A stretch of 64,000 bases of DNA from contig JAZDCZ010000409.1 in assembly GCA_036679605.1 (NCBI GenBank), positions 54,560 to 118,559 of the forward strand, in the 5' to 3' direction. The DNA comes from Gemmatimonadota bacterium (GTDB lineage: Bacteria > Gemmatimonadota > Gemmatimonadetes > Gemmatimonadales > GWC2-71-9). Below, piece after piece: positions 10,157 to 19,899 of the stretch. The translations under genes were made by a program, and so were the position numbers. Positions within the stretch are counted from its first letter, which is position 1, and each line of letters begins with the position of its first letter. The notes under the pieces were generated by a model. The model made no database searches. It saw nothing but the letters and a program-made list of their open reading frames with translations, and had not been told where the DNA came from.

Positions 10157-11030
10157 GGTACAGGTCGCCGCGCACGCGAAGGTCAATCTCTTCCTGCGAA
10201 TTTTAGCACGAGAGGACTCGGGCTTTCACAGTTTGGAGACTCTATTCGCACTCTTGGAATTGCATGACACGCTCACGATCGAGCGCGCGGCGACTGGAAT
10301 AGAAATAGACGTGGACGGTGCCGAGACTGGACCTGTCGAGGAAAACCTGGCGTACCGGGCGGCAGCGCTAGTGTTGGAGGCGACGGGCGGGAAATTCGGA
10401 GTCAAGATTCAGCTTCAGAAGTCGATTCCGGTGCAGGCTGGTTTGGGGGGTGGGTCGAGCGACGGAGCCGCCACGCTGCATGCGGTTAACAAGCTGGCAG
10501 ATAACGCCGTCCCTAGCCACGAAATTCTGCAGCTCGCCGCCAAACTGGGAAGCGACGTTCCGTTCTTCGCCTCCGGTGCGGCAATGGCATTGGGTTGGGG
10601 GCGCGGCCAGCGTTTGCTGGCAATACAGCCACCTCCTGCCGCTCACACACTCGTAGCGGTGCCTGGGTTTGGAGTAAGCACCGCAAACGCCTACGACCTG
10701 CTCGCATCTTCCCGCGTCAAAGATGTTCCACGCGGGTCGATTCTGCTAAACGATCAGTCCTTTTCTACTTGGGGCGGCATCGGTCGGTTGGGCGGAAATG
10801 ACTTCGAGCCGGTCGTGTTCGGAAAGAAGCCGCAACTACGTGACTTGTTTGAAAGTGTAGCTCAAACTCGACCGCTCATGGTGCGAATGTCCGGCTCCGG
10901 GTCGGCGGTCTTTGCCATATACAAAAATGAAGGAGATCTATCCGACGCGGCAGTCGCGGTCGGACAGAGAGACCAGGTGCTCATCCGGACGATGACTCGG
11001 CAGGAGACAGTTACAGCGATCGGGAACTGA
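10146..11030 (+). CDS. ispE: 4-diphosphocytidyl-2-C-methyl-D-erythritol kinase
   Basis: AHAKVNLFL, IPVQAGLGGGSSDGA, LGSDVPFF, NDFE, MSGSGSAVF. Confidence 0.97.
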   Translation: MVDRVQVAAHAKVNLFLRILAREDSGFHSLETLFALLELHDTLTIERAATGIEIDVDGAETGPVEENLAYRAAALVLEATGGKFGVKIQLQKSIPVQAGLGGGSSDGAATLHAVNKLADNAVPSHEILQLAAKLGSDVPFFASGAAMALGWGRGQRLLAIQPPPAAHTLVAVPGFGVSTANAYDLLASSRVKDVPRGSILLNDQSFSTWGGIGRLGGNDFEPVVFGKKPQLRDLFESVAQTRPLMVRMSGSGSAVFAIYKNEGDLSDAAVAVGQRDQVLIRTMTRQETVTAIGN

Positions 11031-11122
11031 TGTGCCACGGAGAGCGTTTGCTACTGTGAAGCCGAAAAATTTGCGCGTGCCGCCGACGCGCTGTCTCGAA
11101 CAGCCAGTCAGGAGGCTATCAC

Positions 11123-11545
11123 ATGCACGCCAAGACAATCATTGGTACGGGTCTCGCTCTCGCCACTGCCACCACGATCGCTATCGCGGGCGGCATGCTT
11201 ACCCCAACCAAATCTGCCGCTAACTCCGTTACGTCCCCGTCGGCATCCATTCGTGTTGTGAATGCTGACGACCGTGACCTGCGAGTGTATGCGATGAGCC
11301 CCGCCGGCCTCCATCTACTGGGCACTGTGAATTCGAACGAGTCAACAGGTTTTCGACTTCCCGATGGTTTTGCAACAGCGAACAACCACATTGTGCTAGT
11401 CGCTACGCACCTAGACTCCCACGAGACCTACGTCTCCCAGAAATTCGACATCACTGCGGGTGACTTGGTGGAGTGGAAAGTCAGGGGCCAACCCGGCCAG
11501 AGCGATGCCACTGTATTCCACAAGTTGGGCACCGCACTAGACTAG
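11123..11545 (+). CDS. Hypothetical secreted beta-sandwich protein
   Basis: Strong SD AGGAGG, signal peptide, beta-strand-rich sequence. Confidence 0.7.
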   Translation: MHAKTIIGTGLALATATTIAIAGGMLTPTKSAANSVTSPSASIRVVNADDRDLRVYAMSPAGLHLLGTVNSNESTGFRLPDGFATANNHIVLVATHLDSHETYVSQKFDITAGDLVEWKVRGQPGQSDATVFHKLGTALD

Positions 11546-11707
11546 TCAACACGTCTCCATAGACTCTACATCTCGCCCTGTCGGCCATCCACCTACAGGG
11601 CTTTGCCTATCCGGATAGATTCTCTTCTTGCAATTTGCTCGCTGCTAGAACACCGATTAGCTTTGGACCGCACCTGCAGTGTAAGATTATATCATGTAAT
11701 GAGTTGC

Positions 11708-11778
11708 TGGCCCCTCGTTCAAGGGTAGGACACCGGTCTTTGGATCCGGGAATGGTGGTTCGAATCCACCGGGGCCAA
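11708..11778 (+). tRNA. tRNA-Gln (anticodon TTG)
   Basis: Acceptor stem TGGCCCC/GGGGCCA with U1-A72, D arm GTTC/GGAC, anticodon loop CT-TTG-GA, T arm GGTGG-TTCGAAT-CCACC; usual position between ispE and prs; no encoded CCA. Confidence 0.95.
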
Positions 11779-11886
11779 CTGGAGTACCTATCGCTCGGGC
11801 CTCCTGCCGCCCATTAGGGACCCATCACATTAGTATTCTGTCGTCCACAACAGAGGTCTATTGTCCACCCTCAGGAGGTAGAGACC

Positions 11887-12345
11887 ATGATTCCTACAAT
11901 GTCCTTCATGCGCAGGAGAATCGGATCGCATGCAGCGATCCTGATTTCGTTCGTTGCCGGTCTCGCCGCATACGGTTGCGGTGGCGGTAGTGATACCAAC
12001 ACCGGCCCGGGCAACAACAACCCGCCACCACCGCCAACACCGGCGCAGACTGCCGCGCCGGTGATAACCAGTGTCGCGTGGGTACAAGAGGCTGGCTGCG
12101 TGGCCGGAACCGCAGGTCCCGTCACGATCACGACGACCGCCACGGACACAGACACCCCAGTAGCAAACCTCAGTTTTACCGGGACGGTAACCAGCTGCAC
12201 CCCAGCCATCAGCATGGCTACCGCCACAGTCACTTGCCCGCAGACGGGACTCTATCAGGGGAGCGTGACCGTGACTGACCCCGAAAGCAACTCGGACGCT
12301 CAGTCCTTTTCCTTTGGGCCGTGCGAGGAGGGGTCGGCACCCTAG
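11887..12345 (+). CDS. Hypothetical Thr/Pro-rich lipoprotein with Ig/PKD-like domain
   Basis: SD AGGAGG, lipobox AYGC, poly-Pro linker, four further Cys, VTVTDP motif. Confidence 0.75.
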   Translation: MIPTMSFMRRRIGSHAAILISFVAGLAAYGCGGGSDTNTGPGNNNPPPPPTPAQTAAPVITSVAWVQEAGCVAGTAGPVTITTTATDTDTPVANLSFTGTVTSCTPAISMATATVTCPQTGLYQGSVTVTDPESNSDAQSFSFGPCEEGSAP

Positions 12346-12372
12346 GGCAGGGCGCTTTCAGAGTTGCTAGGG

Positions 12373-12405
12373 ACCCCGAGCGTCACTTTACGGCGCTCGG
12401 GGTTT
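12373..12405. terminator. Hairpin between convergent genes, probable terminator
   Basis: Perfect 10-bp stem ACCCCGAGCG / CGCTCGGGGT followed by a short T run. Confidence 0.55.
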
Positions 12406-12432
12406 GCCCTCCTAATCGACCTCCGCTTTTTC

Positions 12433-13296
12433 CTATCCGATTAGAGTGGCGAGCATGAACGCCCCCACCGCCACGAAGACCACCGCCAGCCCCACCTTGA
12501 TGTGATCCGGATCCAGACGCGCCTGTAGCAGTGGCCCTATCTGCCCACCCACAACCACTCCCGGTACCGTGAACGCAACCAGGCTCAACACTTGCCACAG
12601 CACTTCGGGCTCCGACTTGAAGGCGAACGTGTAGAAGTGTCCCGCCGATGCTACGAGTACGCTCACGACTACAACGAAAATCGCTGTGCCGACCGCCACC
12701 GGCGGTGGAATACGACACCTCACCACTAAATGGTACTCCTGAAGCTCGGCCAGACCCACTGAGATCATTCCCAAGAACCACCCGCCGAGTGCTGCGAAGC
12801 ACATGCCCTGTCCCTTATTGCAGATGGTGTAGCGAAACTCCCTGCCCGACCGGTCGACCAGCCTGGAGGTGGATGATTCGCGACCAGCTTCATCGATCCC
12901 GCCCTCGATCGCACGGACCTCTTGGTGTCGCAGTGACGAGAATAACTGCCAGCCGATAAAAACTACTCCCACCGCGAAAATCGCCTTCAGGACGTCGGCC
13001 GGAAAAGCTTCAACCGTCAGGCTCCCGATGATGGCGGCCGGCACGGAGAACATCAGAAGACTGAGGCCGAGCTTGAAATCGATCAAGCCCTGTCGAGCGT
13101 AGGCGTAGACCCCGGATGCGAAGCCGAACAACTCCGTGATGAGAGCCGTGCCAATCGCAACGGAAGGTTCGATCTTCAATGCCAGCATGAAGATAGGAGA
13201 GAAAAAGACAGCGCCACCGATCCCGGTGGACATCGCGATTGTGGCGATGCCAATCGAAATCGGAAACATGAACCAGTACTGAAAAGTCAATTCCAT
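12433..13296 (-). CDS. Sulfite exporter TauE/SafE (TSUP) family permease
   Basis: GIGGAVFFSP, AIGTAL, AVGTA, GGQIG; about eight TM helices. Confidence 0.9.
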   Translation of the reverse strand: MELTFQYWFMFPISIGIATIAMSTGIGGAVFFSPIFMLALKIEPSVAIGTALITELFGFASGVYAYARQGLIDFKLGLSLLMFSVPAAIIGSLTVEAFPADVLKAIFAVGVVFIGWQLFSSLRHQEVRAIEGGIDEAGRESSTSRLVDRSGREFRYTICNKGQGMCFAALGGWFLGMISVGLAELQEYHLVVRCRIPPPVAVGTAIFVVVVSVLVASAGHFYTFAFKSEPEVLWQVLSLVAFTVPGVVVGGQIGPLLQARLDPDHIKVGLAVVFVAVGAFMLATLIG

Positions 13297-13403
13297 TCTT
13301 CATCCCCGCGTAACGCAGCCCACTGTCGTATCGACCAACGCCGGCAGCCTGTCTGACGCACGCCCAGCCCCCTTCTCTAACCTATTATCTGTAAGTATCT
13401 TGC

Positions 13404-14366
13404 GTGGCTATTATGCCAGAAATATCTGTCAAATCCAGCAAAATGCTCCTCATGTCCGGGACGGCCAATAGGCCTCTCGCCGAGGAAATTGCCCAATGCT
13501 TGGGGCAAGAGCTTTGCAAAGTAACCATCAGGCGCTTTGCTGACGGCGAGATCTTCGTCAAGATCGACGAAAACGTTCGGGGCCAGGATGTGTTCATCAT
13601 CCAACCCACCTGTCCGCCGGCCGACAACATACTTGAGTTGCTGATTCTGATCGACGCTGCTAAGCGCGCGAGCGCGGCTCGCATATGTGCGGTGGTGCCC
13701 TACTACGGTTACGGGCGTCAGGACCGCAAAGATCAGCCGCGTGTGGCGATAAGCGCCAAGCTGATGGCGAACATCATCACAAAGGCTGGAGCGGAACGAC
13801 TGCTGGCAATAGATTTTCACCAGCATCAGCTACAGGGCTTCTTCGACATACCGGTCGATCACCTGTACGCAGCGCCCGCGTTCGTGCAGCACTACCGCCA
13901 GAAACAACTCAAGCAGTTGGTGGTGGTCGCGCCGGACGTGGGTGGTGCCAAGATGGCCCGAGGGTTTGCCAAACGACTAGATGCATCCCTCGCCATAATA
14001 GACAAGCGGCGGCCATCGGCGAATATCGCCGAGGTGGTAAACGTAGTCGGGGACGTGGCGGATCGTGACTGTCTATTGGCCGACGATATGATCGACACAG
14101 CAGGCACGATGTCTGAGGCCGTTCACGCACTCAAGCGGCTGGGCGCACGCGACGTCTACTGTTGCGCGAGTCATCCCCTGCTGTCGGGTCCGGCGGTCGA
14201 GCGCCTCAAGGGATGTCCTGTAAAAGAGGTTGCCGTAACAAACACCATGCAAGTGCCGGAAGAGCGCAGATTCGATAGGTTGAAGATTCTGACCATAGCG
14301 CCTCTACTAGCCCAAGCTATTCGATTCACCCATAGCGACCAGTCGGTCAGCTCATTGTTTAGCTGA
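13404..14366 (+). CDS. prs: Ribose-phosphate pyrophosphokinase
   Basis: FADGE, PYYGYGRQDRK, APDVGG, DDMIDTAGT, SVSSLF. Confidence 0.98.
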   Translation: MAIMPEISVKSSKMLLMSGTANRPLAEEIAQCLGQELCKVTIRRFADGEIFVKIDENVRGQDVFIIQPTCPPADNILELLILIDAAKRASAARICAVVPYYGYGRQDRKDQPRVAISAKLMANIITKAGAERLLAIDFHQHQLQGFFDIPVDHLYAAPAFVQHYRQKQLKQLVVVAPDVGGAKMARGFAKRLDASLAIIDKRRPSANIAEVVNVVGDVADRDCLLADDMIDTAGTMSEAVHALKRLGARDVYCCASHPLLSGPAVERLKGCPVKEVAVTNTMQVPEERRFDRLKILTIAPLLAQAIRFTHSDQSVSSLFS

Positions 14367-14396
14367 CCGGACATCAACTGATTAGGACTCCAGAAC

Positions 14397-15074
14397 ATGG
14401 CTGATACAATCACTCTGAGCGCGGAACCTCGTAGCAAGACCGGCAAGGGACCTGCGCGCCAGTTGAGAAGAGAAGACAAGATACCAGCGGTCATCTACGG
14501 ACACGGCCGCGATTCAGAAGCGCTCGCTGTGCTGCGAGCCGACCTAGACAAGACCCTCGTAGCTGCCGGTGGCGGGACGACGGTCATTCACTTGAAGATC
14601 GGCGGCAAGAAGGTGAGAACTCTCATTCGAGAGCTCCAGCGTCATCCGACCGGCCGCAACGTGACCCACGTGGATTTCCTCGAGATCCATGCGGGGGAAA
14701 AGCTCACAGTGCGCATCCCGATCCACCTGGAGGGCTCTCCGTTTGGGGTACGTACTCATGGCGGAATCCTGGATCAGACTCTTCGGGAGTTGGAGATCCG
14801 GGTGTTGCCGAAGGACCTCCCGCCACATGTGGAAGTAGACGTCACGGAGTTGTCCGTCGGTGACTCCATCCACGTTCGCGATCTCGTTGTTGCCGACGTG
14901 GAGGTTCTCGACAACCCCGACAGGACTGTCTGCACCGTGGTGCCGCCGAGAGTCGAGGCCGAGCCCGAGGTGGTGGTAGAGGAGGAGGAAGAGGGAGCCG
15001 AGGACGCCGTGCCGGAACTCATCCGGAAGCCGAGGGCAGAGGGCGACGAAGAAGGCACCGGACCAGAGGAATAA
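14397..15074 (+). CDS. rplY: 50S ribosomal protein L25 / CTC
   Basis: GKGPARQLRR..KIPAVIYG, HVDF, long CTC-type C-terminus with acidic tail. Confidence 0.96.
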   Translation: MADTITLSAEPRSKTGKGPARQLRREDKIPAVIYGHGRDSEALAVLRADLDKTLVAAGGGTTVIHLKIGGKKVRTLIRELQRHPTGRNVTHVDFLEIHAGEKLTVRIPIHLEGSPFGVRTHGGILDQTLRELEIRVLPKDLPPHVEVDVTELSVGDSIHVRDLVVADVEVLDNPDRTVCTVVPPRVEAEPEVVVEEEEEGAEDAVPELIRKPRAEGDEEGTGPEE

Positions 15075-15077
15075 GTT

Positions 15078-15662
15078 CTGCGCGTTCTTGTTGCGCTTGG
15101 GAATCCTGGGGCCGCACACGCGTTCACCCGGCACAACGCGGGCTTCATGCTCGGCGATTGGCTAGTGAAGCGCTGGGAGTTCCCGTCGTTTCACCGCTCC
15201 GGCCAGGCAGACGTCAGTGACGGTATGGTTGGTGGTGAAAGAGTGGGTCTCGTTAAGCCAAGAACCTACATGAACCGCAGCGGGAGAGCGCTGAGGCCGC
15301 TCCTCAGCAGCTCCGATTTCGATCCCGCAACCCAACTCTTGGTCATGGTCGACGACTTCGCGCTTCCGATTGGAGCTTTTCGTGTCCGGGCGCGAGGATC
15401 CGCGGGAGGACATAACGGACTCCAGAGCATAGAAACAGCCGTGGGATCGCCGGAGTATGGACGCCTCAGAATCGGCGTCGGCCCGCTGCCTGACGACACG
15501 ACCGACCCGGCGGATTTTGTGCTCGAACAGATGACTGAGGACGAATTGGACACCATCGGAAAACTCCTGCCGGCCTTGCAGGACACAGTGGAGTGCTGGA
15601 TCAACGAGGGTATCGAGACAACGATGAACCGCTACAACCGACGAGGACAACAGAGTGACTGA
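15078..15662 (+). CDS. pth: Peptidyl-tRNA hydrolase, predicted CTG start
   Basis: In-frame (L)[21 protein letters not shown] upstream of ATG 15147; [26 protein letters not shown]. Confidence 0.95.
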   Translation: MRVLVALGNPGAAHAFTRHNAGFMLGDWLVKRWEFPSFHRSGQADVSDGMVGGERVGLVKPRTYMNRSGRALRPLLSSSDFDPATQLLVMVDDFALPIGAFRVRARGSAGGHNGLQSIETAVGSPEYGRLRIGVGPLPDDTTDPADFVLEQMTEDELDTIGKLLPALQDTVECWINEGIETTMNRYNRRGQQSD

Positions 15663-17712
15663 TTTTAGCTTTCTGCCCATCGCGGCCATAGCCGCGGGCG
15701 TGGCCGGATTAATAATCGCTTGGATCACGTACCTTTACGTGCGGCGTCAGTCGCCGGGTAACGAACTCATGCAGGAACTCATGGAGTTGGTTCATGACGG
15801 CGCCATGACCTTTCTCCGCCGCGAGTATTCCATCCTGATCCCGTTTCTGGCAGTCATCGCCATTCTGTTGGGACTAGCGATCGGGTGGAACACCGCAGCG
15901 GCCTACCTGGGTGGCGGCATCTGTTCGATCATCGCTGGATTCTCCGGCATGAAGGCGGCCACCAGGGCCAACGCCCGCACGAGCGAGGCGGCCCGTGCGA
16001 GCGGCGAGGCGATGGCACTCCGAGTCGCGTTCAACGGCGGTGCTGTAATGGGGCTCGCCGTCGCGAGCCTAGGACTCCTTGGGATCGGCCTAGTCATGCG
16101 AGCCTTTCTTGGAGACCCGACCAGTGAGGATGCTTGGCAGGCTTTCAGCGAAATCATCACTGGGTTCGCCATGGGGGCTTCGTCTATCGCTCTGTTCGCA
16201 CGAGTGGGGGGCGGGATCTTCACAAAGGCAGCGGACGTGGGTGCTGACTTGGTCGGCAAGGTAGAAGCCGGAATTCCTGAGGACGATCCGCGCAACCCCG
16301 CCACAATCGCGGACAATGTGGGCGACAATGTCGGTGACGTGGCAGGCATGGGTGCGGATATCTTCGAGAGTTATGTCGGTGCTGTAATCGCCACAATAGC
16401 GATCGCGGCAACAAGCCCGCTCATCGCCCACCGCATGGCAGGCATTGCGCTCCCGGTACTCTTTATTGGGGCAGGCCTGATAGCCAGCCTCATCGCGATC
16501 GCGATCTTCCGAGTGCTCGAGAAGGCAAGTCCAGCTGCCGCCCTCAGGTGGTCGACGTTCATCGCAGCCGGCCTCTTCTTGGCAGCGGCTTACTTCATAA
16601 CCAGCAACGTTGACATCGGTATCACAACCGCATCGGGCGCCGCCAACGTGCTCGGTCCGTTCTGGGCCGTAGTAGCTGGTACAGCCGCCGGCATAATCAT
16701 TGGCTTGGCAACCGAGTACTACACGGGCGCCAAGCCGGTTCGTATGATCGCAGAGGCGTCACTGACCGGCCCAGCCACCAATATTATTGCAGGACTGGCG
16801 ATAGGCATGCGTTCTACTGCGATTCCGGTGCTCGTGATCAGCGGCGCCATCTATGTCGCGTTTACCAACGCCGGTCTTTACGGGATCGGTATCGCGGCGG
16901 TGGGAATGCTCGCCACAGTGGGCGTTACGATGTCGGTGGATGCCTATGGCCCGATCGCCGACAACGCAGGCGGCATTAGCGAGATGAGCGGGCTCGGCCC
17001 CGAGGTTCGGAAGATCACGGACGGATTGGACGCGCTCGGCAATACCACGGCAGCCATGGGCAAGGGGTTCGCCATTGGTTCGGCTGCCCTGACCGCGCTG
17101 GCACTCTTCAGCGCGTACGCCAATGCCGTGACCCCACAGGGTGCACCGCCCCTCATACTTGATATCGTAGATCCCAAGGTCGTCATTGGCCTGTTCCTCG
17201 GCGGGATTCTACCGTTCTTCATCGCTGCATCCACAATGACCGCGGTTGGCAGGGCAGCCGAGGGAATGGTCCAGGAGGTTCGACGCCAGTTCCGCGAGAT
17301 CGCTGGACTGATGGAAGGCAAGGCCAAGCCGGACAGCGCCAGATGTGTCGATATCGCTACGCGAGCTGCGCTACGAGAGATGATCCTGCCCGGAGTCATA
17401 GCTATCGCAGCCCCTGTGGTCGTTGGCAAGTTTCTCGGTGTAGAGACCCTGGGCGGACTCTTGGCAGGCGCCACCCTGACCGGCGTAATGATGGCCCTGT
17501 TCATGGCCAATGCCGGCGGAGCCTGGGACAACGCCAAAAAATACATCGAGGGGGGAGCGCACGGCGGCAAGGGATCGGACCCACACAAGGCGGCAGTGGT
17601 TGGCGATACCGTGGGCGACCCATTCAAGGACACCAGCGGACCGTCCCTCAACATTTTGATCAAGCTGATGTCGGTGGTGAGCCTGGTGCTTGCGCCTTGG
17701 TTCATCGGATAA
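15655..17712 (+). CDS. hppA: Membrane-bound pyrophosphatase, K+-dependent type, probably Na+-translocating
   Basis: [26 protein letters not shown] (Ala marks K+-dependent enzymes), [18 protein letters not shown]. Confidence 0.95.
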   Translation: MTDFSFLPIAAIAAGVAGLIIAWITYLYVRRQSPGNELMQELMELVHDGAMTFLRREYSILIPFLAVIAILLGLAIGWNTAAAYLGGGICSIIAGFSGMKAATRANARTSEAARASGEAMALRVAFNGGAVMGLAVASLGLLGIGLVMRAFLGDPTSEDAWQAFSEIITGFAMGASSIALFARVGGGIFTKAADVGADLVGKVEAGIPEDDPRNPATIADNVGDNVGDVAGMGADIFESYVGAVIATIAIAATSPLIAHRMAGIALPVLFIGAGLIASLIAIAIFRVLEKASPAAALRWSTFIAAGLFLAAAYFITSNVDIGITTASGAANVLGPFWAVVAGTAAGIIIGLATEYYTGAKPVRMIAEASLTGPATNIIAGLAIGMRSTAIPVLVISGAIYVAFTNAGLYGIGIAAVGMLATVGVTMSVDAYGPIADNAGGISEMSGLGPEVRKITDGLDALGNTTAAMGKGFAIGSAALTALALFSAYANAVTPQGAPPLILDIVDPKVVIGLFLGGILPFFIAASTMTAVGRAAEGMVQEVRRQFREIAGLMEGKAKPDSARCVDIATRAALREMILPGVIAIAAPVVVGKFLGVETLGGLLAGATLTGVMMALFMANAGGAWDNAKKYIEGGAHGGKGSDPHKAAVVGDTVGDPFKDTSGPSLNILIKLMSVVSLVLAPWFIG

Positions 17713-17765
17713 GAACAACCACTACCACTGGAACAACACCCCTGGTAGATTGCGTCCCTTCGGAA

Positions 17766-17821
17766 ACCACCTACTCCGCAACCAAAGAGTGGCGGGGTCA
17801 CTTAGTCCAAAGGATGGTGTC
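17766..17821 (+). promoter_or_regulatory. Putative S6:S18 ribosomal-protein leader RNA
   Basis: Outer stem ACCACCT / AGGATGGT covers the SD; inner stem ACTCCGC / GCGGGGT; asymmetric internal loop; directly upstream of rpsF. Confidence 0.55.
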
Positions 17822-18241
17822 ATGAGTCGCGAGTACGAGATCGTTTACATCTTCGGCAGTGCGCTCGAGGAGACCCAGGTCAACGAGCACCTGGAACGTT
17901 TCCACGAGCTTCTCAAGAACGCTGAAAACCCCGACCCAATATCCGGCGTCAATCATTGGGGCAAGCGCACCCTGGCGTATCCGATCAAGAACGGGGAGCA
18001 AGGCTATTACGTGGTGGTCCGATTCGAGACGGATGCCACACTGTTGCCCGAGTTCGAACGCGTGATCAAGCTGGAAGAGAGCGTCCTTCGGCATCTGATC
18101 GTGGTTAACGAGCGTGTGCCGATTACGCCGGTGGTCCAATCCGAATCCGCCGGTCAGCCGACAGACAAGACAGACAAGACGGACAAGCCTTCAGAAAATG
18201 AGCCTTCAGCGGAAGGAGGGTCTGATGGCACGCCGAAATAA
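17822..18241 (+). CDS. rpsF: 30S ribosomal protein S6
   Basis: [28 protein letters not shown]; low-complexity tail. Confidence 0.96.
   Translation: MSREYEIVYIFGSALEETQVNEHLERFHELLKNAENPDPISGVNHWGKRTLAYPIKNGEQGYYVVVRFETDATLLPEFERVIKLEESVLRHLIVVNERVPITPVVQSESAGQPTDKTDKTDKPSENEPSAEGGSDGTPK
18161..18187 (+). repeat. 9-bp tandem repeat x3 (TDK)3 in the S6 tail
   Basis: ACAGACAAG ACAGACAAG ACGGACAAG. Confidence 0.8.
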
Positions 18242-18446
18242 GACTTGCCCCATCTGTGAAGCTGGCACGCGGTACGTCGATTACAAGGACGAACGTACAC
18301 TGTCACGATTTACCACCGAGCGAGGCAAGATACTTCCCAGCAGGCTCTCCGGTATGTGTGCACGACATCAGAGACAGCTCTCTCGGGCGATCAAGCGCGC
18401 TCGCTACCTAGCTCTTCTTCCCTACATCAAGGGATTCGGCCGGTAA
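18225..18446 (+). CDS. rpsR: 30S ribosomal protein S18 (Zn-binding C+ form)
   Basis: [30 protein letters not shown]. Confidence 0.97.
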   Translation: MARRNKTCPICEAGTRYVDYKDERTLSRFTTERGKILPSRLSGMCARHQRQLSRAIKRARYLALLPYIKGFGR

Positions 18447-18488
18447 AATGATCTCGCCGTCCTGCGGCGCGTGTGGGGACGGTAGGTC

Positions 18489-19442
18489 ATGAGCATCCGA
18501 CGGTGGGCGCGGCAACAGGGGCCGCTGGTCGCAGCCGCGATCCTCTTCCTTACCGTGGCGCCTCTTGCCCTAATCGCGCTTCCGCTCGCCGCCCTGTTGG
18601 TGATGTCGCCACCACGTTCTTCGCGAGCGACATTCGTAGCTGCCGTCGCTGGTGGATTCGGCTTAGCTTGGCTCGCTCAAACAGGTAATCTCCCTGACCA
18701 ACTGGTACGCTCCGCCACCTTGATCGCAGCCACGGTCTTCGTGCTGTCCGCTCGGTACACGGCAGCCTCTGTAACGCACCGCGCGTTGATCGCAGTCATG
18801 ACAGCCGCACTCGCGGTGGGCGGAATGTTGTTGACTTTGGGCTTGTCGTGGAGCGAACTGCGCTGGTGGGTGGGTCACCGGGTCGGATTCTTCGCAAGCC
18901 AAGTAATGGGTCTTGTCTGGCAGGGTGGAGGACCACAGACTACTCCGGGCGGCCCGACGCCGCGAGAACTCGCGCAATGGGCGGATTTAACAGTGCGGCT
19001 CATGGCAAATTATTATCCGGCGATACTGGCGTTGGTGCTGATGGCCGGCCTAGGTATCGCTACGGCAATCTACCATCGCGTGGCGGTGCGGCCATTTGGC
19101 ACCTCAGTTGGGCGGCTACGAGAGTTTAGATTCTCCGAACACATCGGTTGGCTCGCCGTAGTACCACTCATCGTGGTGTTGATTCCGAAGCTGGTCGCTG
19201 TGAAGATCAGCGCGATTAACATTCTGGTGGTCACCGGCACTCTGTATGCACTGCGAGGCATAGCAGTAGCAGCATTCGGACTCCAGATGTTTGCCGGAGC
19301 GAGCGGTCTGTTGACCGCATTCGTGGTTGTTGCCGCGATTCTCTTGTTGCCCGTGGCGTTCGGGGGGGCCATTCTTCTCGGGGTTGTCGACGCGGGCCTG
19401 GACCTTAGACGGCGGTGGACGACACCGCCAGCGAGTACTTGA
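18489..19442 (+). CDS. DUF2232/YybS-like membrane protein
   Basis: Multi-TM protein with YALRGIAV and GVVDAGLDLRRR; usual position between rpsR and rplI. Confidence 0.8.
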   Translation: MSIRRWARQQGPLVAAAILFLTVAPLALIALPLAALLVMSPPRSSRATFVAAVAGGFGLAWLAQTGNLPDQLVRSATLIAATVFVLSARYTAASVTHRALIAVMTAALAVGGMLLTLGLSWSELRWWVGHRVGFFASQVMGLVWQGGGPQTTPGGPTPRELAQWADLTVRLMANYYPAILALVLMAGLGIATAIYHRVAVRPFGTSVGRLREFRFSEHIGWLAVVPLIVVLIPKLVAVKISAINILVVTGTLYALRGIAVAAFGLQMFAGASGLLTAFVVVAAILLLPVAFGGAILLGVVDAGLDLRRRWTTPPAST

Positions 19443-19446
19443 GCTT

Positions 19447-19899
19447 ATGGAAGTGATACTTAGACAGACAATCGACAAATTGGGGCTGGCCGGCGAACTC
19501 GTGAAAGTCAAGAACGGTTACGCCCGCAACTACCTGATCCCGCACGGACTCGCCTATGCTGCCACAGCCGCCAACAAACGCAAGTTGGCGGCGGAGACTG
19601 AGCGCTATGCCTCTCAACGCCTAGCAGAACGTGCGGACGCCGATGGACTCGCGGAGAAGTTGAGTGGAGTTTCGGTCGAATTTGTTGTGAAGGCCGGAGA
19701 GGGTGACAAGTTGTTTGGGTCGATAACATCCTCTGATATTGCCGCTTCCCTGTCCGAACGTGGCTTCAATATCGACAAGCGCATCATTGTTCTGCCCGAG
19801 CCGATCAAGGCGATAGGGATCTACAAGGTTGCTATCCGACTCCACCCCGACGTCCATCCTGAAATTCGTGTGTGGGTCGTCAAGGAAGAGAGTGACTAG
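19447..19899 (+). CDS. rplI: 50S ribosomal protein L9
   Basis: MEVIL, VKNGYARNYLIP, KLFGSIT, PIKAIG. Confidence 0.97.
   Translation: MEVILRQTIDKLGLAGELVKVKNGYARNYLIPHGLAYAATAANKRKLAAETERYASQRLAERADADGLAEKLSGVSVEFVVKAGEGDKLFGSITSSDIAASLSERGFNIDKRIIVLPEPIKAIGIYKVAIRLHPDVHPEIRVWVVKEESD

Noticed and set aside
16944..17801. Long antisense ORFs (e.g. 285 aa opposite hppA, 310 aa at 45177, 311 aa at 54759)
   Set aside because: Shadows of well-supported genes in GC-rich DNA, with no motifs of their own.
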